A stretch of DNA of 32,000 nucleotides from Nitrosospira multiformis ATCC 25196 (GTDB lineage: Bacteria > Pseudomonadota > Gammaproteobacteria > Burkholderiales > Nitrosomonadaceae), in the NCBI RefSeq assembly GCF_000196355.1, contig NC_007614.1, positions 450,001-482,000 on the forward strand, read 5' to 3'. Position numbers and translations under genes: made by a program. Under the pieces are notes generated by a model. The model saw only the letters and a program-made list of their open reading frames with translations, did not search any database and was not told the origin of the DNA. Positions 23,408-31,486 of the stretch are shown here, piece by piece (the first letter of the stretch is position 1; the number at the start of each line of letters is the position of its first letter).

Positions 23408-24049
23408 TCAAAGGAGTAACGGGCTCAGGTCGGGCAGCACATCTACATGCGCTGGAAAAGGATTTTGATCGCCAGGACGTACACGGCCTATAAACGCGAC
23501 ATTGTTGACCATGGCGCTCTGATAATCGATCAAGGCGTCTCCGATCATCAGCACGCGCTCTGGCAGGAGGCGATGGGTAGTCAGGATATCTGCGATCAGT
23601 TTCTGCTTGGGAGTGGGTGAACCGCGCACAGCAGTAAAATAGGACTCCAGACCACGGCGAACAACGATCGTATTCAATTCGGTTTCCGGGGTACCGGATG
23701 CAACAAACAAGGGAATACGCCCCGCTTCACGCTGGATCAGCTCCGCTGCGCCTGGAACCGGGGCGCTGGCAATCACAGCTTCGACCACCAGTTCGGAAAA
23801 GCGCTGATCGAGTTGCCGCTCCTCCTCCGCGGTGAGTGGAGGTTTTTCCAGCAGCATTTCCTGAAAGTAACGAAATTTCTGATAGCGCGACATGCCGCCG
23901 TTCAGGACATGATATTTCGCAACCTCGACCATTACCTCCTCGCCGTATTCCTGGTAGAGGTTGGCAAACGCCTGTGTCTTGATTTCTCCTGATTCGACCA
24001 CGACCCCGTCGAAATCGAAAATGATCGCTTGCCATGCAGCAGTCTTCAT
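23408..24049 (-). CDS. HAD-superfamily hydrolase (beta-phosphoglucomutase/phosphatase-like, capped subfamily I)
   Basis: 213 aa. Motif I is AIIFDFDGVVVES. Later motifs include LFVASGTP and VLMIGDALIDYQSA. The ATG overlaps the upstream gene's stop (ATGA, 24046-24049). Confidence 0.85.
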   Translation of the reverse strand: MKTAAWQAIIFDFDGVVVESGEIKTQAFANLYQEYGEEVMVEVAKYHVLNGGMSRYQKFRYFQEMLLEKPPLTAEEERQLDQRFSELVVEAVIASAPVPGAAELIQREAGRIPLFVASGTPETELNTIVVRRGLESYFTAVRGSPTPKQKLIADILTTHRLLPERVLMIGDALIDYQSAMVNNVAFIGRVRPGDQNPFPAHVDVLPDLSPLLL

Positions 24050-24975
24050 GCCTTATTATCCGACGCCAGCGGTATGATCTCCTCATTTTCACCCGAATGG
24101 TGCATGCTCTGATGAATATCCTGAAGGCAATCCAGCAGCCCCTGGCCCAGATCGACATGCTCGTTCAGAACCAGCTTGCGGCCGATCCGCGGCTGATAAG
24201 CATAAGGCGTTACTTCGTAATGATGCCCCGCACGGGCCTCGTCGAAACGCAGATCGACTTTCCAGGGCATAATTTCTGAAATCATTGTCATTACATCCTT
24301 GATGTGCAACCGCTCCTGCCCTGTCAGGATCAGGTGACGATTCGCAAACTCCGGTGCCAGCACTTGTACGCTCATGCGCGCCGCATCTTCCACATGAATA
24401 TATTCCCGAATTGCTTCTCCACTGCCGTGATAAGTAATCGAGTGCTGTTCCAGCGCCTCGTACAGCATGCGGTAGATGCCGTTTCTCGCGTCGGCGCGTC
24501 GGCCATAGAGCGAGCCATAGCGCAAAATACTATACTCCAGGCCATAACGCTCGTGGTAGGTTTCGATGAAACGTTCCGCTGCCTGCTTGCTGGCCCGGTA
24601 AAAGGAACCCGATTCGGAATAGACGTAAATCGTGCTCGCGAAGACAAAGCGCCGGGCGCCGGCAAGACGCGCTGCTTCCAGTGTATGCATGTTACCCAGC
24701 ACATTGATGGTCGCCGTAGCGATGGGTTTTTCCTGTGCTTCGTCAATATCTGCAATGGCGGCAAAGTTGTAAACCACGTCAGCACCATGAGCCGCTTCCT
24801 TCACCTGCTCAAGATCCATGATATCGCCAATGATCATCTCCTGATCCGCGCGCTGGTAGCGCGATGGAGAGCGGTCGAACAGGCGCACCCGATAGCCCGA
24901 GTCGGAGAGCGCGTCGGCAACGTGACTGCCCAGAAAACCGCTGGCGCCATAGACAATGGCAATCTCGCTGGACAT
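24046..24975 (-). CDS. NAD-dependent epimerase/dehydratase (extended SDR)
   Basis: 309 aa. Motifs: IVYGASGFLGSHVADAL (GxxGxxG), FYRASKQAAE (YxxxK), FASTIYVY. Confidence 0.9.
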   Translation of the reverse strand: MSSEIAIVYGASGFLGSHVADALSDSGYRVRLFDRSPSRYQRADQEMIIGDIMDLEQVKEAAHGADVVYNFAAIADIDEAQEKPIATATINVLGNMHTLEAARLAGARRFVFASTIYVYSESGSFYRASKQAAERFIETYHERYGLEYSILRYGSLYGRRADARNGIYRMLYEALEQHSITYHGSGEAIREYIHVEDAARMSVQVLAPEFANRHLILTGQERLHIKDVMTMISEIMPWKVDLRFDEARAGHHYEVTPYAYQPRIGRKLVLNEHVDLGQGLLDCLQDIHQSMHHSGENEEIIPLASDNKA

Positions 24976-24983
24976 CTGCTGTT

Positions 24984-25931
24984 TTAACCTTTTTCCATTA
25001 CACCGGCTTCGATCAATCCGCGCACCAGATTTTCCGCGGCTTCCAGTTCCATACGCTGACGCGATTCCTTTGCAAGAGAGCCGATATGGGAGGTCAGTAT
25101 TGCGTTATCGCATTGCAGTAACGGGCCATGGTAAGGTTCCTGCTCGAAAACGTCCATTGCCGCTCCTCCAAGCTGCCCGCTGTTCAGGGCATCGGCCAGC
25201 GCTGCTTCATCTATCAGCCCACCCCGGGCGGTATTGATGACGATCGCGCCAGGCTTCATCCGTGCAAACGTTTTTTCATTCAACAGATGGTGAGTGTCCG
25301 CGTCGTAGGTCAGGTGCAGGCTGATGATATCCGCTTCGGCTATCAAGGTTTCGAAGGGTACCAGTTTCACGCCTTCCATTCCCGGAGGCATCTCCTTTAC
25401 ATAAGTATCGTGCGCCACCACCTGCGCTTCGAACGCACGACACAATCGGGCTACACGTGATCCTACCCGTCCAAGCCCCACAATTCCCACCTTTTGGGCA
25501 GCCAGCAGACCTCCCTGGGCCCGGGGCCACTGCCCCGCGCGAACCTGTTTATCTGTCTGGCATATCTTCCTCAATGCTGCCATTATAAGGGCCAGCGAGA
25601 GCTCGGCAACCGCCTGTGCGGGAGCTTCCGGCGTGTTCAACACCTTGATTCCATGCCGTTTCGCTGCGCCAAGATCGACGCTGTCGAGGCCGCTGCCGCA
25701 GCGCGATACGACTTTCAGGCTCCTCGCGCAGGAGAAAACCCGCTCTGTGAGAGGCTCCACGCCTGCGATCATTCCCACCGTATCTTCGCCCAGCAGGGCG
25801 ATAACCTCATCCTCGGTAAGTTTCCTCTTATGACTGTTTTCGGCAATGGGTATGCCCCTCTCCTGTAAAGGCCGGAGAGCACTATTATGGCTGACATCGA
25901 ATGACGAGGTGGAAATCGCAAGTTTGTTCAT
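24984..25931 (-). CDS. D-isomer-specific 2-hydroxyacid dehydrogenase (PGDH/GhrA-like, no ACT domain)
   Basis: 315 aa. Motifs: VGIVGLGRVGSRVARL (GxGxxG) and …IVINTARGGLIDEAALADALNSGQLGGAAMDVFEQEP…LTSHIGS (catalytic R/E/H pattern). The ATG overlaps the aldolase stop (ATGA, 25928-25931). Confidence 0.9.
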   Translation of the reverse strand: MNKLAISTSSFDVSHNSALRPLQERGIPIAENSHKRKLTEDEVIALLGEDTVGMIAGVEPLTERVFSCARSLKVVSRCGSGLDSVDLGAAKRHGIKVLNTPEAPAQAVAELSLALIMAALRKICQTDKQVRAGQWPRAQGGLLAAQKVGIVGLGRVGSRVARLCRAFEAQVVAHDTYVKEMPPGMEGVKLVPFETLIAEADIISLHLTYDADTHHLLNEKTFARMKPGAIVINTARGGLIDEAALADALNSGQLGGAAMDVFEQEPYHGPLLQCDNAILTSHIGSLAKESRQRMELEAAENLVRGLIEAGVMEKG

Positions 25932-26689
25932 AGAGCTTCCCTGATGTTTTGCAGATGACTGCGGCAGACGGTATCGAGAATGCGGATATCCAGGCCATAG
26001 CCAAGAAAACTGAAGCCCGCCTCGATATTGCGGCGCAATTGTTCCGGATTGGGTTCGACTACATGAATGCCGCCTGCCTTGCCCGCGCGTCGCCCGGCAT
26101 CTTTTACCCGTTCTACCGCAGCCTGGACTTCCGGATCAGCGAGTTCTCCGGGACGGCCGAGCGATCCTGAAAGATCGTAGGGACCTATGATATAAGCATC
26201 GATTCCCGGAACGGAAAGAATCGAATCGATGGCATCGACTGCATCGATATGCTCGATCATGGCAATGATGACGGCATTTTCTTCCAGCCAGTGGCGATAT
26301 TGCTGAAATCGCGCGCCATACCCCTGGGCGCGTGCAAGCCCGACTCCACGTTGTCCGCGTGGAGGGTAATATACTGCGTTTACGGCCGCTTCGGCATCCG
26401 CCGCCGTTTTGATCATGGGTACCATTACGCCTGTCGCTCCTGCATCCATGACCCGCTTGATCTGATCAGGATGATTCGACGTCAATCGCACGATGGCGGG
26501 ACATGCACGGCTGTCGAGCACCTGGATCAGCATCTGAACTTCGCTCAGTTCCAGAACGCTGTGTTCCGTATCCAGCACCAGCCAGTCAAATCCCGCCGCG
26601 CCCATGATATCGGCGATGGAAGGATGTCCCAAAGTGATCCAGGAGCCGATGGTCAAGGCGTTGCGCGCCAGTTTTGCTTTTAATTGCAC
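25928..26689 (-). CDS. HpcH/HpaI-family class II (metal-dependent, pyruvate-specific) aldolase
   Basis: 253 aa. The GTG start at 26689 is preceded by AAGGTG 5 nt upstream. Motifs: LTIGSWITLGHPSIADIMGAAGFDWLVLDTEHS, IVRLTSNHPDQIKRVMDAGATGVMVPMIKTAADAEAAV, YYPPRGQRGVG. These match HpaI/HpcH/GarL-type aldolases. Confidence 0.87.
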   Translation of the reverse strand: MQLKAKLARNALTIGSWITLGHPSIADIMGAAGFDWLVLDTEHSVLELSEVQMLIQVLDSRACPAIVRLTSNHPDQIKRVMDAGATGVMVPMIKTAADAEAAVNAVYYPPRGQRGVGLARAQGYGARFQQYRHWLEENAVIIAMIEHIDAVDAIDSILSVPGIDAYIIGPYDLSGSLGRPGELADPEVQAAVERVKDAGRRAGKAGGIHVVEPNPEQLRRNIEAGFSFLGYGLDIRILDTVCRSHLQNIREAL

Positions 26690-26739
26690 GTATGCACCTT
26701 GAGAAATGAAGTGCGTCTGAGAGAATTATGAAGTCCGCA

Positions 26740-27507
26740 TCAGTATGATGCGAGTAACGGGTCTTTCTCCATCAGTCTGGCTACACGCTCCAGGTCGGCC
26801 TGGGTGTCGACAGCTTGGGTATTGAACCGGGTTTCCACCATTTTTACACGATAACCATGCTCCAATAGCCGCAGCATGTCCACCGATTCAAGCTTTTCGA
26901 GCGGCGTGGACGGCAGCGTGGAGAATTCGAGCAACGTTTTTCGGCGGAAAGGAATGATGCACACCTGTTTAAAGGCCAGGGTATGCGGAAAATCAGATCC
27001 GGCGGACAGAGCAGACGCCGGCACAGTCGGAATCGGTTGGCGTGACATGAAGAGAGCGTCGCCACGCCGGTCTGTCACAACCTTGATTGTATTGAAGTCG
27101 TAGAAATCCCCTTTATTATCGATGCTCCGCATGAGATTCACGCACCCCAAGTCCGGGTCATGCCGGAACGGATCCACGGCTGCGTCGATCATCTCCGGAT
27201 GAGTCATGGGTTCATCGCCCTGTACCATGACGATAAGTTCAGCATCCATTTCTGCCACCGCCTCGGCCACGCGGTCACTCGCACGTTCGTGAGTATCCGC
27301 AGTCATAATGACCGGTGCACCGAAATTCTCTGCGGCGCGTCGTATTTCGTCATCGCAGGTGGCTATATAGGTTGCATCAAGCGCTTTGCTCAAGGCGACA
27401 CGTTTATACACATGCTCGAGCATGGTTCGGCCCAGCAGGTTCGCAATGGGTTTTCCGGGAAAACGGGACGAACCCATACGGGCCGGTATAACAGCAATTG
27501 TTTTCAT
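26740..27507 (-). CDS. KdsB-like cytidylyltransferase (3-deoxy-manno-octulosonate cytidylyltransferase family)
   Basis: 255 aa with an ATG start. Motifs: IAVIPARMGSSRFPGKPIANLLGRTMLEHVYKR, …ASDRVAEAV…, VMVQGDEPMTHPEMID. The length and motif order match CMP-Kdo synthetase. Confidence 0.85.
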   Translation of the reverse strand: MKTIAVIPARMGSSRFPGKPIANLLGRTMLEHVYKRVALSKALDATYIATCDDEIRRAAENFGAPVIMTADTHERASDRVAEAVAEMDAELIVMVQGDEPMTHPEMIDAAVDPFRHDPDLGCVNLMRSIDNKGDFYDFNTIKVVTDRRGDALFMSRQPIPTVPASALSAGSDFPHTLAFKQVCIIPFRRKTLLEFSTLPSTPLEKLESVDMLRLLEHGYRVKMVETRFNTQAVDTQADLERVARLMEKDPLLASY

Positions 27508-27864
27508 GTGGGATTTATGTTAATTGAAGGCGATGAGGCCGAGCTTTTCACTTTGACTGATGACTGCCTTTATTTATCGGGATAGGTTGCCCTTTAAAGG
27601 TGCGCATCAGGCATTGGAGGATTATGTGCTGAATTCTGCAGCTATGGTTTGGCGATTGCAGCAGGAGAGCGGCAAAAATCGGGCTAATGGCTAAGTGGTG
27701 ACTCCATTTTAACAGAAGGCCGGGGAAGTAAAAACATCTGTAATGCTAGTAAAACGGGTATCAGCGCGTGTAGAATTGTAAGATTTTTCCCTGAGAATGT
27801 CTAAAGGACCTCAAAATGAGGAGATGCAGCGTATTGCTTGCGTCCAAGGAATAGGTATGCTGGT

Positions 27865-29187
27865 ATGAAAGCTTTATTTTTCCTTCGTCATTATAATGAC
27901 ATCGATCACATTACCCCGGTCATTTACAAATGGACCAGCAAGGGTCATACCTGCGACATCATCCTGATCGGCAACTCGCGATTCCGGACGGATTATCGCA
28001 TCGGATTCCTGAAAGGCCTCAAGGGTGTGCGGATGGCTTACATTGCGGATGTATTGCCGCCGCTCGACTTTATCAGATGGTTTTTCCAGACGCTGATACT
28101 GATCCGTAGCCTGCGCCGCCCCTTCCTCGGGCCGATCATGAAAAAACTGGAGGAGGTTTATGATGCCAAGCGGCGCGAGCCTGTCTGGCAGCGCACCGCG
28201 GAGTGCTTGTTGACCCGGAGTTTCGCAGCGAATGAGGAAGGCGTGGTGGTGTTTGACTGGATAGAACGCAACTCCTCCATCTGCGTGGAATGGGTCAAGG
28301 TGGTATTGTCGACGGCGCGCCGGATGGGCCTGGGCACGGTATCGCTGCCGCATGGAGACAGTCCCCACGCCAGTCAGTTGATCCGGCGGCGCGAGTTGCG
28401 CCTGGAGCCGGATACCACATTTGCCAATGCCGGCATTTTCGAGAAGGTTGTGGTGCCGAACGAGTTATGCTCGGTGCGTTTTCGCCCTTTCATGGATAAC
28501 CAGAAACTTGCGATACTCGGTTCCCCGCGCTACTGCGACGAATGGCTCGCCAAACTGGCAACGTTGATGCCCCCGTCACCGCTGACGCGAACCGGTAGCA
28601 ACCTCAAGGTGGCGATGTTTCTGAGAAAGAGTAATTTTTCCACTTTCTGGGAAGAAGTGGGAGAGGTAGTGCGCATAGTGGCAGGCTTTCCGGGAGTGGA
28701 ACTTATAATAAAGCCGCATACCCGCGGCGGCTGGCAGCAATCCCTGACAAAAGATATTTCGCTCCGGCGCTTGCCCAACGTGCGGGTAGCAGGCGGCAAT
28801 CTTCATTCCATCCATCTGATGAACTGGGCAGATGTCATTATCGATCTTGCCACTTCTGTAGTATTCGAGGCGGTAAAGGTCGGAAAGCCTGTACTGGCGG
28901 CGGATTACTTGCACGCCGGTCGGTCGGCTCTTGCTGAATACCTGCCGGAAGCAGAATTGCGCTGTCGCGATGATGTGTATAAACACATGGAAAAATTCCT
29001 TACCCAGGGTTGTGATTCTTTTTATATAGAAGAGCATCGTCAACGCTTTCTCAAGGAAATGATCGATGTAGGGGATCCGGACGTGTTATCGCGTTATGTC
29101 GCGCTGCTGGAGGAACAAGTGCGGTCAAAGGCAGACCAGAGCCAGCCCGAGCCGCAAGGCAACACCAAAGATTTCGCTTTTGCCTGA
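27865..29187 (+). CDS. uncharacterised conserved protein, paralogue B of 10682..12001
   Basis: Start taken at ATG 27865 (MKALFFLRHYNDIDHITPV…), which aligns with residue 1 of paralogue A. The listed ORF begins at an upstream TTG (27838). It has the same conserved blocks as paralogue A but lacks A's Lys-rich insertion. Confidence 0.82.
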   Translation: MKALFFLRHYNDIDHITPVIYKWTSKGHTCDIILIGNSRFRTDYRIGFLKGLKGVRMAYIADVLPPLDFIRWFFQTLILIRSLRRPFLGPIMKKLEEVYDAKRREPVWQRTAECLLTRSFAANEEGVVVFDWIERNSSICVEWVKVVLSTARRMGLGTVSLPHGDSPHASQLIRRRELRLEPDTTFANAGIFEKVVVPNELCSVRFRPFMDNQKLAILGSPRYCDEWLAKLATLMPPSPLTRTGSNLKVAMFLRKSNFSTFWEEVGEVVRIVAGFPGVELIIKPHTRGGWQQSLTKDISLRRLPNVRVAGGNLHSIHLMNWADVIIDLATSVVFEAVKVGKPVLAADYLHAGRSALAEYLPEAELRCRDDVYKHMEKFLTQGCDSFYIEEHRQRFLKEMIDVGDPDVLSRYVALLEEQVRSKADQSQPEPQGNTKDFAFA

Positions 29188-29233
29188 TCAGCCGGCTTCG
29201 CTGGTAGTTTTCTCAAGGAGGTTACTGAGCCGT

Positions 29234-30280
29234 ATGCCGGCGATGCCCCCCATCGATGTGGTGATTCCCGTCTATAATGCACCAGCGTTGACACGGCGCT
29301 GCATCGATTCGGTCGTTGCCTGCCTGAGCCCATCCATACGCTTCATTTTCATTCAGGACGACGCGTCGGGAATGGAAACCCATGCCATGCTGGATCAATT
29401 GCCGCGCGGGCGCATACGCGTGCACCACGCGCGGGAGAACCAGGGTTTCGGTGCCTCGGTAAACGAAGCAATCAGTCGATCCGATGCATGCTACGTGCTG
29501 GTCCTGAACTCCGACACAGTAGTGGGCGAAGATTTTTTACCGCTCTTATACGCGACACTCGTCGCCGATTCCCGGCTGGCAGTCATCATCCCCGCAGGGA
29601 ATGATTTTGCCGGATATGATTTGAACCGGTATGTGCGGCAGCCGGGCGGCTATGTTCAGACACACCGCCTTCGGGGTCACGCGTTTCTCATCCGCCGGGA
29701 GGTATTCCGGGATGCGAACGGTTTCGATCTGGCCTTCGGCCGCGGCTACTATGAAGATGTCGATCTCGGGCGCCGCCTCAACAAACGTGGTTGGCGGGTG
29801 GGCGTGCATCCGGATGCTCACATACAACATGAGGGGGGCGGCTCGTTCGGGCGGGGCCGCTCCTTCAAGAAACTGGTCAGGCGCAATCGTAAGCTTTTTT
29901 TTTCGCGCCATCCCAGCGCAAAGCGTAATATTCTCCTTCTTTCCGGAGACTGCCCCCTAGCGTATTTTCCATCGAGCCTGCTAGAGGCGCTCGACGAGGT
30001 ATTTTGCGGAGGAGGATACGTTTACTGGCTTTCGCCCGAAGCGGCAGGCATGCTTCTCTGTTTGCAGATGAGGAGCCTCTTGTCAGGCGTGGACGCTGCC
30101 GTGCGGTTATTCTTGTGCAGTTGGCGTGAGGACAAGCGCATTTCGGAAATCTGGATATTGCCCGATGTTCCACGCGTGCGGTATGAGGCACTGACCTTAT
30201 GGGCGCGTATTTGCGGCTTGCGGATACTGACCTGGGAAAGGGTGCCGACCGAAGAAAATTGTACTCCTAGGCTACTATGA
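29234..30280 (+). CDS. GT2-family glycosyltransferase with a ~110-aa unassigned C-terminal extension
   Basis: Start taken at ATG 29234, with AAGGAGG at 29214-29220. The listed ORF starts at 29096, inside the end of the upstream gene. GT2 signatures: IDVVIPVYNAPALTRRCIDSV, FIQDDASG, NQGFGASVNEAI, VLNSDTVV, YYEDVDLGRR. Confidence 0.85.
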   Translation: MPAMPPIDVVIPVYNAPALTRRCIDSVVACLSPSIRFIFIQDDASGMETHAMLDQLPRGRIRVHHARENQGFGASVNEAISRSDACYVLVLNSDTVVGEDFLPLLYATLVADSRLAVIIPAGNDFAGYDLNRYVRQPGGYVQTHRLRGHAFLIRREVFRDANGFDLAFGRGYYEDVDLGRRLNKRGWRVGVHPDAHIQHEGGGSFGRGRSFKKLVRRNRKLFFSRHPSAKRNILLLSGDCPLAYFPSSLLEALDEVFCGGGYVYWLSPEAAGMLLCLQMRSLLSGVDAAVRLFLCSWREDKRISEIWILPDVPRVRYEALTLWARICGLRILTWERVPTEENCTPRLL

Positions 30281-30322
30281 ATGCTCTGCGGAGAACGGCC
30301 TTCCAGTAAAGGCGATGCATCT

Positions 30323-30341
30323 CCTTGCAAGAACTGCAAGG
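30323..30341. terminator. candidate (weak) bidirectional terminator hairpin between convergent genes
   Basis: CCTTGCA-agaac-TGCAAGG gives a 7-bp perfect stem with a 5-nt loop. It lies between the GT2 stop (30280) and the corA stop (30398). There is no clean U-tract on either strand; the nearest T/A runs are 10-20 nt away. Confidence 0.25.
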
Positions 30342-30397
30342 CTTCTGAAGTTTAAAAAAATTCTCCGGCTATCCTTTGGGTTTTTGTATTCACGCCG

Positions 30398-31468
30398 CTA
30401 CAACCATTTTTTCCAGCGGAACAGTAGCAGCATCGCAATACTGATGACTGCCATTGCGGTCAGTACAATAAAAAATCCCATGTGCCATTCAAGCCCCGGC
30501 ATGTACGTGAAGTTCATTCCGTAAATGCCCGTTATCAGCGTCAAAGGCATGAATATGGTGGTGATGACGGTAAGAACTTTCATGACAGTACTGATGCGGA
30601 AACTTACGCTCGATAAATAAATATCGAGCATGCCCGCCGTGACGTCACGCAGCGATTCGATCGATTCGATAATGTGGACAGTATGGTCGTACACATCCCG
30701 CAGGTAGAGCAGAGTATTGCGGCTAAACAGGGGTGAATCTCCACGTTGCAAAGAACTGATTACCTCGCGGAGCGGCCACAGCGCCCTGCGTAAAAAAACG
30801 CCTTCACGTTTGAGTCTTTGAATGGATTGCAAGGTGCTCGGCTGCGGACGATCGACCAGTTCCGTTTCCAGCGCTTCGGTTTTTTCGTCGAGGCGTTCAA
30901 GAATGCTGAAGTAGGTGTCGACCACTGAATCAATCAGGTTGTACATCAGGAAATCGGCACCAAGTCTTGCGCTTTGGCCTTTGCCGGCCCGCAGGCGGTC
31001 GCGGACCGACTCGAATTGAACACCATTCGCTTCCAGAAACGACAGCACGAAATCCTTGCCGAGTACAAGACTGATCTGTTCGGAATATATTCTCTCTTCC
31101 TTACCCCTGGTTTCATACCCGAAGGTTTTGAGCACCACGTACAGGTAATCTCCGTAATCCTCCACCTTGGAGCGTTGCTCTGTGTTGAATATGTCTTCCA
31201 GTACCAGAGGGTGAAGGTTAAAACATGCGCCGAACTGCTCGATCATGTGGATGTCGCCCAGGCCCTGCAGGTTAACCCACTTGACCCCGGAAGCGTGTTT
31301 GATCTTTTCGGCAAGGTCTGCGGGAGCCACCTCGGCTTCACGCACGCCTTCCGGATCGTAATCCAGCAAGGTTATGCGTGGGGACGCGTTTTTCTTTGCC
31401 CCGATATGCACCGGCATGCCCGGCGGCAGGCCTGCTTTCTTGGATCTCTTTTTGGAAGGGGATATCAC
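30398..31468 (-). CDS. corA: magnesium/cobalt transporter CorA
   Basis: 356 aa. The signature YGMNF (…ITGIYGMNFTYMPGLEW…) is followed by the second TM helix and a basic C-terminus. The N-terminal KKRSKKAGLPPGMPVHIG is typical of CorA, which supports the GTG start at 31468. Confidence 0.92.
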   Translation of the reverse strand: MISPSKKRSKKAGLPPGMPVHIGAKKNASPRITLLDYDPEGVREAEVAPADLAEKIKHASGVKWVNLQGLGDIHMIEQFGACFNLHPLVLEDIFNTEQRSKVEDYGDYLYVVLKTFGYETRGKEERIYSEQISLVLGKDFVLSFLEANGVQFESVRDRLRAGKGQSARLGADFLMYNLIDSVVDTYFSILERLDEKTEALETELVDRPQPSTLQSIQRLKREGVFLRRALWPLREVISSLQRGDSPLFSRNTLLYLRDVYDHTVHIIESIESLRDVTAGMLDIYLSSVSFRISTVMKVLTVITTIFMPLTLITGIYGMNFTYMPGLEWHMGFFIVLTAMAVISIAMLLLFRWKKWL

Positions 31469-31486
31469 GGCATCCGGATGAGGGTT

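Noticed and set aside
24304-24987. 227-aa plus-strand ORF
   Set aside because: It is antisense to the well-supported NAD epimerase/dehydratase gene (GxxGxxG and YxxxK present on the minus strand), and no motif is recognisable. Shadow ORF.
24984-25931. The 2-hydroxyacid dehydrogenase as housekeeping SerA
   Set aside because: At 315 aa it has no C-terminal ACT/regulatory domain, and it is translationally coupled (ATGA overlap) to the aldolase within the glycan operon. It is more likely a pathway-specific keto/hydroxy-acid reductase.
27838-27864. TTG-initiated 9-codon extension of paralogue B; also the 29096-29233 extension of the GT2 ORF
   Set aside because: ATG 27865 aligns exactly with residue 1 of paralogue A. 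For the GT2, the 29096 extension overlaps the end of the upstream gene, and ATG 29234 has an AAGGAGG Shine-Dalgarno sequence at 29214-29220.
10682-29187. Paralogue pairs as an assembly artefact or very recent segmental duplication
   Set aside because: The copies are only about 70-75% identical at the protein level by hand count and visibly diverged at the DNA level. Similarity stops at the ORF boundaries, and one copy has an indel. This is an old duplication, not a collapsed or duplicated assembly region.
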